A DNA stretch of 63,999 nt, filler included, from Malassezia furfur (Eukaryota), in the NCBI GenBank assembly GCA_052055015.1. It is 10 parts of 10 records of this genome, joined end to end, with 100 filler letters (N's around TTAATTAATTAA, not from the genome) between each part and the next. Parts side by side here need not be neighbours in the genome. Positions count along the whole stretch, not along the records: positions 19,716 to 26,173 come from JBQJIT010000545.1; positions 26,274 to 32,731 come from JBQJIT010000546.1; positions 32,832 to 39,196 come from JBQJIT010000547.1; 7 more parts are not named here. The stretch is one strand, 5' to 3'. Position numbers and translations under genes: made by a program. Shown here one piece after another: positions 25,716 to 35,718 of the stretch; position 1 is the first letter of the stretch; every line of letters starts with the position of its first letter. The notes under the pieces are model-generated. The model did no database searches, was not told where the DNA came from, and worked only from the letters and a program-made list of their open reading frames with translations.

Positions 25716-25736
25716 ATACCCACTATGTATATACAA

Positions 25737-26173
25737 TCAGTCGTCGTCCAGCTCTGGACACTCTTCCGAAAACATGCGCACGAGGCGGCCATCGGCGATC
25801 TGCCACACAAGGTCAAAGCGCTCCGAGGGGTACACGAGGCCCGGCACACCGAGCCGCTCGGCAATGTCGGACAGCGCATCGTGTTCCCAGCAAACGAGGA
25901 TGCGCTTGGCACCGCGGCGCGCTGCCTTGGTAATGGCATGGATCGCACACGCCTCGTCGTCGCGGTCGCAGTGGTGGTCGATCGGAAGGCCGAGGTGGTC
26001 CGCCAGCGGCTTGACCGTGTCGTAGGGCCGTATCCGCTTGCCGTTCGGCTTGTAATCTTGGGTAAAGATGGCATCCACCTTGAGCGCGTTCTCGGAAAAG
26101 AGGCGCTGCACGCAGTCGGCGCGCTCCTCGCCTTCGGGCGAAAGGCCGATATGGTCGTCGTCCACCTTTTCGC
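25737..26173 (-). CDS. Histidine phosphatase (phosphoglycerate-mutase-like) protein, 5'-truncated
   Basis: GLSPEGEERA, RPYDTVKPLA, ILVCWEHDAL, YPSERFDLVW; the RHG motif would lie beyond the contig edge. Confidence 0.75.
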
Positions 26174-26273
26174 NNNNNNNNNNNNNNNNNNNNNNNNNNN
26201 NNNNNNNNNNNNNNNNNTTAATTAATTAANNNNNNNNNNNNNNNNNNNNNNNNNNNNNNNNNNNNNNNNNNNN

Positions 26274-27677
26274 GCGCCCGTGTCGGCGCGCGCGACGCGT
26301 GCGACGGTGACGCCCATCTCGGCGGCGCCGGCGGTGCGCATTGCGTCGCCCTCGGTCAAGTCGCCGCCGCTCGACGAGGCGCCGGCGACGGACGACGACG
26401 AGGACGCGTACGGCGATCCCGGCGCGGCGGTGCCCGCGTACCCCTCGTCGTTCGGGCACAAGCGCAGCTCGCCGGCGGCCCCGCGCACGCACGCCGCGGC
26501 ACAGGCCCGCCCGGGGCGCCCGAGCGGCGTGCCGGTGTCGGCGCACGCGCACGACTGGGTCGACCACGACGAGTCGGAGCTGAGCATGAGTCTGCAGGAT
26601 ACGACGCTGCACGCGCGCCCCGCCGTGCCCGAGGCCGGCACCCGCAGCAGCACGCTGGCGCCCGCGTCGGTGGTGCCCGGGAGCAGCTCGGGTGGGTCGC
26701 TCGCCGAGGAGGCGTCGCCGCACGCGGCGCCGGGCGGCCCGCCGCGCCCCGCGAGCAGCTTTGCGGGGACGTATGCGCGCTCGAACCACAGCGCGTCGAG
26801 CCTCGGTGTGTACCAGCACCAGGGCAAGGCGGGCTCCTCGTCCTCGCTGCACCTCGAGCGCCCGCGGCAGACGTTTGTGCGCCTCGGCCCCGACGACCAT
26901 CCCGGGGCGGGCGCGGCGTACGTGCCGCAGGGCCTGCTGGCCTCGGCATCGCAGGAGCGCCTCGACCGCCGCACGCACGAACACGAGCAGCGCGGCAGCG
27001 GCGCGGCGCTCGTCAACGTGCCGACCAAGCCGCCGCCACCCCAGGCCGGGCTCATGGGCGCCATCCACGGGCGCACCCACACGACGCCCGACCGCCGGAG
27101 CGAGTCGGCGCCCAGCTCGGCGCGCCTCAATGGCTCGCAGGCCGGCCACATGTCGCCCTCTGCGTCGCAGCAGCAGATGTGGATGAACATGTACTACTGG
27201 CAACAGCAGCAGCAGATGATGATGATGATGATGGGCATGCTGCCGCAGAACCGCGAGGCGTACCCCGCACAGGCGCAGCAGCAGGCGATGCAGGCCGCCC
27301 AGCACGCCTACATGCAGGCGCTCGCACAGGCCAACGGCGGGCAGATGCCCCCGATGCCGCCGCCGGGCATGACGCCTCCGGGCATGCCCGCCATGGGCCC
27401 CGGTATGACGCCGCCCGGCATGCCCGCCATGGGCCCCGGCATGACGCCGCCCGGCATGCCGATGCCCATGCCGCCGTACGGCATGCCGATGCACGCGTCG
27501 CCGCACTCGCCGGACGCCGCATTGCCGCGCCCCATGACCGCGTCGTCGTCGCGCGACAGCCACCTCGCGGCGCCGACGCGCTTTGCCGCGCCCGAGACGC
27601 AGGCGTCTCGGAGCAGCCCCCGAAACAGCCCACGCGCGAGCATCGCCGTGGGCCGCGCCCCAATGCGCGATGCGTAG
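26274..27677 (+). CDS. Low-complexity P/Q/M-rich protein of unknown function, 5'-truncated
   Basis: Long ORF with strong GC3 bias; QQAMQAAQHAYMQAL helix and GMTPPGMPAMGP repeats. Confidence 0.7.
   Translation, partial: APVSARATRATVTPISAAPAVRIASPSVKSPPLDEAPATDDDEDAYGDPGAAVPAYPSSFGHKRSSPAAPRTHAAAQARPGRPSGVPVSAHAHDWVDHDESELSMSLQDTTLHARPAVPEAGTRSSTLAPASVVPGSSSGGSLAEEASPHAAPGGPPRPASSFAGTYARSNHSASSLGVYQHQGKAGSSSSLHLERPRQTFVRLGPDDHPGAGAAYVPQGLLASASQERLDRRTHEHEQRGSGAALVNVPTKPPPPQAGLMGAIHGRTHTTPDRRSESAPSSARLNGSQAGHMSPSASQQQMWMNMYYWQQQQQMMMMMMGMLPQNREAYPAQAQQQAMQAAQHAYMQALAQANGGQMPPMPPPGMTPPGMPAMGPGMTPPGMPAMGPGMTPPGMPMPMPPYGMPMHASPHSPDAALPRPMTASSSRDSHLAAPTRFAAPETQASRSSPRNSPRASIAVGRAPMRDA
27367..27465 (+). 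repeat. Coding tandem repeat, 36-bp unit (GMTPPGMPAMGP), about 2.7 copies
   Basis: ggcatgacgcc(t/g)cc(g/c)ggcatgcccgccatgggcccc repeated; boundaries approximate. Confidence 0.8.
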
Positions 27678-27693
27678 ACGTACTACCTCTCCC

Positions 27694-28273
27694 CTAGCTA
27701 CTGGCTCCGTCCGCACCCACCCCGAGGAGCGCGCGCAGCTGCGCCTCGGCCGCCTCGATCACCGCCTCGCGCGGCATGCCGGCGGTGATCTCGACGACAC
27801 ACACGTTGCCCTCGTCGGCGCGCGGCTCCTGCAGGGTATCCAGCTGCGACTGCAGCATGGCCGCCTTCATAAAGTGGCCCTGGCGCTGCGTCAGGCGCTC
27901 GGCCAACAGCGCGGGCGCCAGGCGCAGGTAGACAAACACGACACGCACATCGGGCGTCGCACGCAGCATGTCGCGGTACTCGCGCTTCAGCGCCGAGCAC
28001 GCCACAACGCACATCTGCTGCTCGTTCTGCACGGCGCGCTCCTTGGCCGCTGCGGCAACGCGGCGCAGCCACGGCCACCGGTCGTCGTCGGTCAGCGGCA
28101 CGCCGGTCGAGAGCTTGTGCACGGCGTCCGCACTATGCAGAGTGTCCGCGTCCAAGAACGGCACATGCAGCGCCTCGCTGAGCTCGGAGCCGACGGTCGA
28201 CTTGCCCGCACCGGACACGCCCTGCGTTAATGCATGCGTTGCGCACCATCACCACCACGCACGTCGCCCCCAT
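27694..28273 (-). CDS. Gluconokinase (GntK/IDNK family), 2 exons
   Basis: VVVMGVSGAGKST P-loop after removing a 25-nt intron (28222-28246); PLTDDDRWPWL, ACSALKREYRD, GHFM, LQSQLDTLQEP. Confidence 0.92.
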
Positions 28274-28476
28274 CGTGGGGTCCTCTCGGAAGGCAGGCAC
28301 AATGCGCGCATCACGTGAGAAATGAGCTGTATGTGCACTGACGTAGCGTGACCTCGTGGTGCGTGCGCACGCCTACGAACCTGCGTCGTGCGCCCAGGCG
28401 CGCACGGCCATGGGCGCCAGGGCAGGTGGAGGGTATGTACAATGACATCATAAGCAAAATCACCGCCGTCTCGGCG

Positions 28477-29507
28477 TTAGCTGATTGGGATCGTGCGCTG
28501 CAGCAGCTCCGCCAACGGCCGGCCGTCGGGGGCATTGGCCTCGGCGAAACACAGCGCCTGGTGCTGCAGCGTGCGCCAGGCCTGCTGCGCATCGCTTGGC
28601 ACGCCGTCACGCGTGTGCAGCGTGAGTAGCATTACGGTGCCGTTCTCGCCACGCCGCGACCCGGAACGCACCGAGTCCTTGTCGGTCTCAGCGCCAGACG
28701 GCGCCTCTTCCTCGGTCGAGAAACCGGCGTCGGTCGTGCCTTCGTCCGTCACTCCGCCCATCAGGCGCAAAATCGCGGGGCTCGGGCGGCTCAGCGCAGC
28801 GTCACTCGAGCCCGTGTGCGATGTGCGCCGGCTCCGGTCGTGCCGCTGCAGCGATGCACGGTGCAGACGGCGCGTACGACCCGACTCGGTCGTGTTGACC
28901 AGGCTCGAGATAAGCACAGGCATCACCAATAGGCGTCCATACTGGGTAAGTGGGGTGCACAACGTACCTCGCACTCCAAGAGGAGCGGCGACGTCTCGGG
29001 TTCCACGATACCGTCCGTGTCCGGCACTGATAACCGCTCTTCGGCGTCGGCGGCGTCGACGCTCTCCGACGGCTGGAAGCGCACCGAGCTACTGAGCGGC
29101 CGCTGCTGCTGCGTGTCGGAGCCGCTCGAGGCCTCTTGACGATGCACGGACGTGAAGCGCCGCGGCACCTGCGCACGTCCCTCCGGCGGGGTTTCTGGGC
29201 GCCCGCGCGGCGCTGTGCGCGTCGTTGGCGTGGTAAGGCCCGACCGTGCGACGTGGTCACGCCATGCGGCGACAGCGATGGCCGAATAGGCACCTGCGCG
29301 CTCCTCGCCGACGAGGGGGGTATCTGGGGTGTACGCCATCAGGCTGCGCTTGGGTGCCGGCGACGCGGCGTTCTCTTCTCGGGTGGCATAGGCGTAGAGT
29401 TCCGCAGTTTGATACAGCGAAAGCACCGCCGTATCTGCACCAAAGTGCTCATCTCCGGACTGCACAAGTGCCTCTAATAGTGCGGCTATGCAGGACAGGC
29501 GGAGCAT
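28477..29507 (-). CDS. Hypothetical protein, 2 exons
   Basis: Two ORFs joined in frame by a canonical 26-nt intron (28942-28967; gtacgt...cttac.cag); no family recognised. Confidence 0.65.
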
Positions 29508-30071
29508 TTTTTGGGCTCCGCTCCCTCAGCGATGGGGAGATTGACAGGCCGTGCGTTCGGAGGTTGGGGCCCAAGCGCCGAACACGTCAAAGCCCAAAAG
29601 CCCACCATGCACCTGGGTGGGGTTGATCCGCGGCGCCCCCCAATCAGGCGATAGCCGCCAACCCTGCTTCTCGCCCGCTGATTGGCCCTTTTCCTTATCG
29701 AGATCGAATAGTCAACAATGACGTATCCAATGACGTTAGTTCGCAGAACTAGGGCAGAACCCAACCAAGCTGGCACACGTGCTCCGCAGTGCTGGACAGG
29801 TAAGGCGCCTGTGCGGAAAGTTGCCAGGACCACCTGAGCATCACTTGCAAGGTTTTCTCCTGTCTAGCCAAGACCTTTGCCCCTTGGCGCCATCCCTGCA
29901 AGTGTACCCAACGGTACTGCTTTTACCTTCTTGGCGTTGTACTAGTAGACACCGCCTTGGCAACGTCTTTGCACTGTCCGCACGGACCGAAGACCTACTT
30001 GCTGCTTTGATTCGCGCTTTCTGGCTACCCCTTTCGCACCGTCGCGAGATCTTGTTCTGTGCGAACGCAAC

Positions 30072-31609
30072 ATGGCCGCCGCCGCTGTATCTTCCGAACA
30101 TAACTCTGCCCTGAGCCGATCGCCTGTCCACTTCCACGCGGACGGCGATTCCAAGTCGCGCTCGGACGATTCGTCGGCCTCGCCCCCCAATCATGATGGA
30201 TCGCATGGGAAACACGAATCGCGCGATGCCCAAAATGGACGTACGGGTCCCAACAAGTTCCGTTGCCGTGTTGCTATGGCATGTGTGCACTGTCGCCATC
30301 GGTACGTATGATGGGCTATCTAACGATCAGAAAAATCCGCTGTGATGGTGCTCAGCCGTCGTGTTATACTTGCACGCGCCTGCAGCGCAAGTGCGAGTAC
30401 GAGCGTGTCTCGGAACATGATAACCTGCTCTCGCGCGAGCGTAAACGTCTCAGCCGCGAGCGCAAGGCTGCCCGCATCGCCGCCACCACGCCGGCACACC
30501 ACAACCCCAACAACCATACCTCGGAGAGTTCCGCTGATGAGAAGATGGGTGCCACGGGCATACCCCCCATGCACCTGCCATTTGATCCCAAAGCCCAGTC
30601 GCCGACGTTTACCATACCCGTGGCACAGATGAATGCGGTGACGCAAGCCAACCCCGCCGATCTGTCGGCGGCCTTGATGCAGTCTGCTCCGGCGCCGGAA
30701 GCGACGATCCCCCCTGCCTGGGCCACCACGCAGGGGATTCCGGCCAAGGAGATGAGTGCATGGGCGGTCCCCCCCGCGATGACCTCGGTGGAGCTGGGCG
30801 CAGCGAATGCCATGTCGCCGCAACAGGACTCGATCGTCTCGCTGCGGTCCACGGCGGATCCGTCGCTGCTGGAGCTGAGTGCGCCGCCTGCCTCCCTTGG
30901 TACCGACTCGCCGTCGCTGATGGGCATGTCCTGGATGGACGGCGGTGCGAATGGTGTCAAGCAGGCCTCGCTGTCGCCGACTGACTCGTACGCGACGGGG
31001 CCGCCGTTCAACGACTTTGGGCAGTCGCTGTCGGGCATGTCGCTCGCGTCGCTCGAGAGCGAGTCGACCATGGTGGACCCGAATGAGCTCAACACGGCCA
31101 TGGACACGCCGCTGAAGCTGTTCAGTGATACACAGCAGTTGCCGAGCACGATGGCCAACACGCCGTCCTCGGTGGATACCAATACGATGAGCGAGGGCGG
31201 ATCGAGCGTGTTTGGCGGTCCGATGTCGATGAACTTTTCGCCGTTGTCGCCGCAGCTGGCGCCTGCGTCGCTGGATGGGCTCGAGCCGAGCATGGAGCCG
31301 CGGTCGTTGAGCGACCTTGATGGCCCGGACTCCACGTTTGGCCTGTACAGTACTTCTTTGCCTGCCCACGACGCCGCCTTCCCCTCGGGGGGTCTCAATG
31401 AGCTGGAGCCAGCAGTCTGCCGGTGTTCAGCTCCTCGACGCAGCTCACCCCGTCCAACGCGTAATACAAGCCGTTTTTTGGACAGGGCGCGCCCAGTACG
31501 GATCGATTGGTCACACATTTTCTCCCCCACCCCCACCCCCAAGGGATCTACGTACATGCCACAGCTCTTGACTTTTTCGCGTTTTGTTATCCGAGTAGCT
31601 ATGGCTTGA
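30072..31609 (+). CDS. Zn(II)2Cys6 transcription factor, 2 exons; 3' end uncertain
   Basis: ACVHCRHRKIRCDGAQPSCYTCTRLQRKCEY after removing a 29-nt intron (30302-30330); S/P/M-rich region follows. The last ~60 codons look UTR-like and overlap the POM152 stop. Confidence 0.88.
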
Positions 31610-32731
31610 TGCGCCGCGCCGCGTCCCATGCCGCGGGCCCACTCGCCTCGCCAAGCGACACCTGGCACCAGCGGTCCTGCAGCCAGACGACGCTCCACGT
31701 ACCTTCCTGCGTGGTGTGGAGAGTGTAGGTGTGCCCCTCGACGCGCTCGACGGTGTGCGTCTCGAGGACGCGGGGGCGTGCGACCGTGTCGACGGGCTCG
31801 GTGCGTTGGTACGTGAACGCGAACGGCGGCTCGCCCGTGAGGGTGAACGTGATCGTCGCCTCGTGCCCGCGGTGCAGCGACTCGACGCGGTGGCGCCCGC
31901 TCGAGACGCGCGCGCTGGGCAGCGCGTGGATGTGCGCCGTGGTCGCCGCGCGCGTGCTGCGGCACTGGTTCTGCTGGTGCGCCGCGCTGTGCACCACGAG
32001 TGTGCCCGGCTCGTCCGCGGTGCGCGCAAACTCGGGCGTCTTGGACGTGGCGCGCCGCTCGCGCCCGTTGAACGTGTAGTGCACCGTCCACGGCGGCATG
32101 CCCTGGAGCACGTAGTCAATCTGCTCGCCGACGCAGTAGTCGGTGCGCGTCGATGCGGGCGCGATGCCCGCCGTCTCGACCACGTCGAGGCGCAGCGCCG
32201 GCTGATCGGCCAGCGACGCGGCGCACCCCGTCGCGTCGCGCACCTCATCGAGCGCGAGCGTCCAGGTGCCGCTCGCGCCGAACACGAACGCCTCCGCGTC
32301 GAGCTGCGGCGTGTAGTGGGTGTCGTCGATGCGCCGCGTGAAGGTGTACGCGGCGCGTGCGTCGTGCGCCGGCACTGCCGACGCCGCGTCCGGGCGCAGC
32401 GTCATGCGCAGCGTAAACGGCGGCGTTCCGGCCAGCTCGACGCGCGGCAAGGCGCCTTGCAGCGTGTCGCCGACGCAGAACGCGGTGCGCACCTTGGTCG
32501 AGGCAAAGCGCGCATGCGCGCGCGGGTACACCATCTGCTCGAGGCGCTGCGCGCCGGCGCCCGCGCTGATGCCCGCCGAGGCGTAGAGCGCGTCGCCGAC
32601 GTCGGTGATTTCGTACGTGTGCCACCCCGCGACGTCCGTGCGCAGGGGCAGCGGCGGGGTCGTCTCGCTCGTGGCAAACGTGTGCGCCTCGCGCGCGCGC
32701 TGCGGCGCCTGGTGCAGGTAGCGCACCGACA
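31599..32731 (-). CDS. POM152: Nuclear pore membrane protein Pom152, C-terminal Ig-like repeats, 5'-truncated
   Basis: FCVGD..., YCVGEQIDYVLQGMPPWTVHYTFNG, FTLTGEPPFAFTYQR, EGTWSVVWLQDRWC. Confidence 0.85.
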
Positions 32732-32831
32732 NNNNNNNNNNNNNNNNNNNNNNNNNNNNNNNNNNNNNNNNNNNNTTAATTAATTAANNNNNNNNNNNNN
32801 NNNNNNNNNNNNNNNNNNNNNNNNNNNNNNN

Positions 32832-33946
32832 TGCCGCCGTCGCGTACCGGATCGGCGGCAAGGGCGTCGCAGGCTTCGCGGCAGGCGTCACGGGCGACGC
32901 ACTCGCGCTCTGCACCTTGCCCTGGTCAAAGTTGGTCACCACGCGGTCCTTGGTCGCCGCCTCGGCCTTCTTGGCGCTCTTTTTCGGCGCCGCCTCCTCC
33001 TTGGGCTTGGGCGCGGGGGCGGGCGCAGGCGCAGGCGCCGGCGCAGCCTCCTCCTTCTTCGGCTCGGGCGGCGTCGCGGGCTTCGGCGACGGCGGCTTGG
33101 ACTCCTCGGCGGTGGCCGCCGCCGTCGAGGTGTCGGCGTCGTCGGTGTCCTTCAGGCCGAACGCCTCCTCTTCGTCGTCGAGGTTGAATTCGTCGTAGAT
33201 CCCGTCGTCCTCGTCAAAGTCCTCCTCGGCGTTGCTCTCGACAAAGTAGGCAATGTCCTCCTTGACGTCGTTGATGCGGTCGACGTCCAGCGCCCCGTTT
33301 TCCAGCATACGCATCAGGATCTCGATGCGCGAGATGTGCCACGACCGCCGCTCGTTCAGGTGCTCCATGTGCCCCACCGTGTCGTCCTTGGTCGCGCTCT
33401 TCTTCTTTTTGCTCGAGGCGAGCGTCTGCTCAATCTCCGCCTCGGCGCCCTCGATCTGCCGGGAGAGCTCGTCGACTTGCGACGTGAGCCACTGCGACAT
33501 CTCGACCTTGGCCTTCTCGCTCGGGTCAAGCCGCGCCGCAGCAATCAGGCCCTCTTTGGAAAAGGCCTTGGTCTTCATCTCCTTCTCGCACGCCTTGAAG
33601 CGCTCCATTTGCTGCGGGGTCAGGCGCCGTCCCACGTACCGTCTCAATCAGCCGCCGGTTCTCCATGAGCGGCTTCTTGTCCTTTATGTCATTGCTTTGC
33701 AGCCATGTCTTGATCTGGTCACGGTGCCGTTGGAGCTTCTTGATCTGCGTCTTCAGGTCGGACTCGAGCTTTTCTTTTTGGCCCTGGTTCGACGAGGTCT
33801 GCAGCTTCTCGTAGAGCCCCTCGAACACTTCTACACCCTCCGAGACCTTTTTAAAGGTCCGGTCAATCTCGGCTGCACCGCGTGTCAGCCATCCGCTCGC
33901 GCCCACACGCCGCGCGATACGTACTCTGCAGCTTGCGCGCCGCCAT
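32832..33946 (-). CDS. NOT3: CCR4-NOT subunit Not3/Not5, N-terminal half (3'-truncated), 3 exons
   Basis: [50 protein letters not shown]; introns 33873-33924 and 33612-33639. Confidence 0.93.
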
Positions 33947-34047
33947 CGTCGGTCACCCACAAGCCCCGCTCGGCGCTCCACGCAGAGCATGTGATCGGAA
34001 AATATTTCCGGAAATCCGTTTCTGCGCTCGCCGCTTCCACGACGAGC

Positions 34048-34785
34048 ATGTTGCGCTGGATGGCTGCGCGTGGTGCGCTGCGCATGCCTTTTGCGCCCGA
34101 GCGCGCGCCGAGCATGGTGCTACGGCGCGCGCTTGCGACGACGCCGGGCGCGCGCCAGGAACAGGGTACGCACGCGCCCCGACTCACCCACGCAGCCGCC
34201 TACCCTTTTGCTGCACACGTCGTGACGCGCTCGCACGAGGCGCCACGCCCAGACTCGGTGCGCCCGCCGCCGCAGGCGACGAACCACCCGTCGCGTGGCG
34301 TGATGCGCCGCGTCGACGGCCACCTCACCGCCGAGATCGACCCGGACGAAAAGATCGCGCGGCTCTTCTCGCGGCGGTCGCCCGAGTGCGTGCCGCCCGG
34401 CTCGATTTTGCTCGTCGAGTCGTACCTGTCCGCAAACAAGACCAACACCACGACGTTCTCGGGCGTGCTCATCGCTGTCCGCCGCGCAGGCATCGCGACG
34501 TCATTTGTGCTGCGCGCGATCGCCCATAAGCTCGGTGTCGAGACGCGCTTCCACGCGTACAGCCCGATGATCAAGGAGATCCGCGTGATCCAGCGCGCGG
34601 AAGCGCGCAAGGGCGAGCATGGCCTGCAGCGCACGCGCCGCGCGAAGCTGTACTACATGCGCCGCCGCGACGACCGCCGCGTCAATGCGGTCGCCAACAT
34701 CGTCAAGCAGTACCGCGCGAGCGAGATGCAGCAGGCCGAGCGTGCGAAGAAGCAGCAGAAGCCGCAGGCGAAAAAGAAAAAGTAG
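34048..34785 (+). CDS. IMG1: Mitochondrial ribosomal protein bL19m
   Basis: [40 protein letters not shown]; presequence-like N-terminus from ATG 34048. Confidence 0.88.
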   Translation: MLRWMAARGALRMPFAPERAPSMVLRRALATTPGARQEQGTHAPRLTHAAAYPFAAHVVTRSHEAPRPDSVRPPPQATNHPSRGVMRRVDGHLTAEIDPDEKIARLFSRRSPECVPPGSILLVESYLSANKTNTTTFSGVLIAVRRAGIATSFVLRAIAHKLGVETRFHAYSPMIKEIRVIQRAEARKGEHGLQRTRRAKLYYMRRRDDRRVNAVANIVKQYRASEMQQAERAKKQQKPQAKKKK

Positions 34786-35138
34786 CGGTCTACGTAGATC
34801 GTGCCGTGTGTGCATACCCTAAAGCAAAGCGGCGCCTGGACGTGGAAGCCGGCCCTAGGAGACAGGTGGAGGCGTGGATTAGGCCAAATGGGGCGGTTTT
34901 TCGCAGACGGCCCCCTCGGGGCCTGCTGGGTGACCCCGCGCAGGGCGAAGATGGCGGCGCGAGGTGCAATGCCGCGGCATGCGACACGCACGGGACCCTT
35001 GCCGAGCCCTCGCGCGGGTGCGGCGCGCGCTGCTCTGCGCCGCGCAGCGTGCGCTACAATTCGACAAACATCGTGATCATGTAGACAAAGAGCTATCTGG
35101 CACAAGGGCAGTGCTGCATGCCTGGGTATCGCAGAGGC

Positions 35139-35512
35139 TCACCACGACGCCTTTTCGACGCCGGGAATCTGTCCCGCAAGCGCCTTCTGGCGGAACTGGT
35201 ACTGGGGTCAGCCGTCGAGACACGTACGCGGCACAGGCCAAAGTCGGTCAGGATTCCGCGCCCGCGCCCCGTGTCCGTGCACCGCTCCTTGACGACGGTC
35301 GGGCGTGCGCGGTTCGGGAACGAGTTCAGCTCGAGCTGCGCCATGTGACGCGTGCGCGCGGGCAGCGTCGTGTTGCGCGCAATGTACTTGTACGCCTGGC
35401 GTAGCAGTTCGTTCGAGTGCACGGCATGGCGCGCGGCCATGTCACGTCTATGGTCAGTCGTGCGCTGCGTGCGCGGTACGTACAGCGTGCGCGCGTCTGG
35501 CCGGATCCCCAT
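35139..35512 (-). CDS. MRP2: Mitochondrial ribosomal protein uS14m, 3 exons
   Basis: LRDMAAR, VKERCTDTGRGRG, FGLCRYQFR...IPGVEKASW* after removing introns 35448-35483 and 35202-35227. Confidence 0.92.
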
Positions 35513-35600
35513 GGCGACGACGGTGCGAAGCTGCGGTGCGGCGGCAGCACACCACGTGACCGCCCCACGCGAGGTGCGCCACAGCTAATTCTCTGCCGCT

Positions 35601-35606
35601 GATTGG
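35601..35606 (-). promoter_or_regulatory. CCAAT box upstream of HEM1
   Basis: ctgattggcc about 115 bp before the HEM1 ATG; similar elements near 20282, 29640 and 29680. Confidence 0.4.
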
Positions 35607-35718
35607 CCGAGCGGCGAATTTTCGGCTGCCCGGGTGCCAGCAGACCCCCTCCCCCTGCGGTTTGCGCGCGCGGTGGACAGTCTTGCAACTTCCGTCGGTG
35701 TGCATTGTTCGAGGCACC

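Noticed and set aside
33253..34047. N-terminal extension making IMG1 a 510-aa protein
   Set aside because: Antisense to NOT3; the real start is ATG 34048 with a mitochondrial presequence.
34960..35095. U1 snRNA gene call
   Set aside because: Loop-like motifs are present, but the ACTTACCTG 5' end, stem I pairing and Sm site are missing; kept only as a weak ncRNA candidate.
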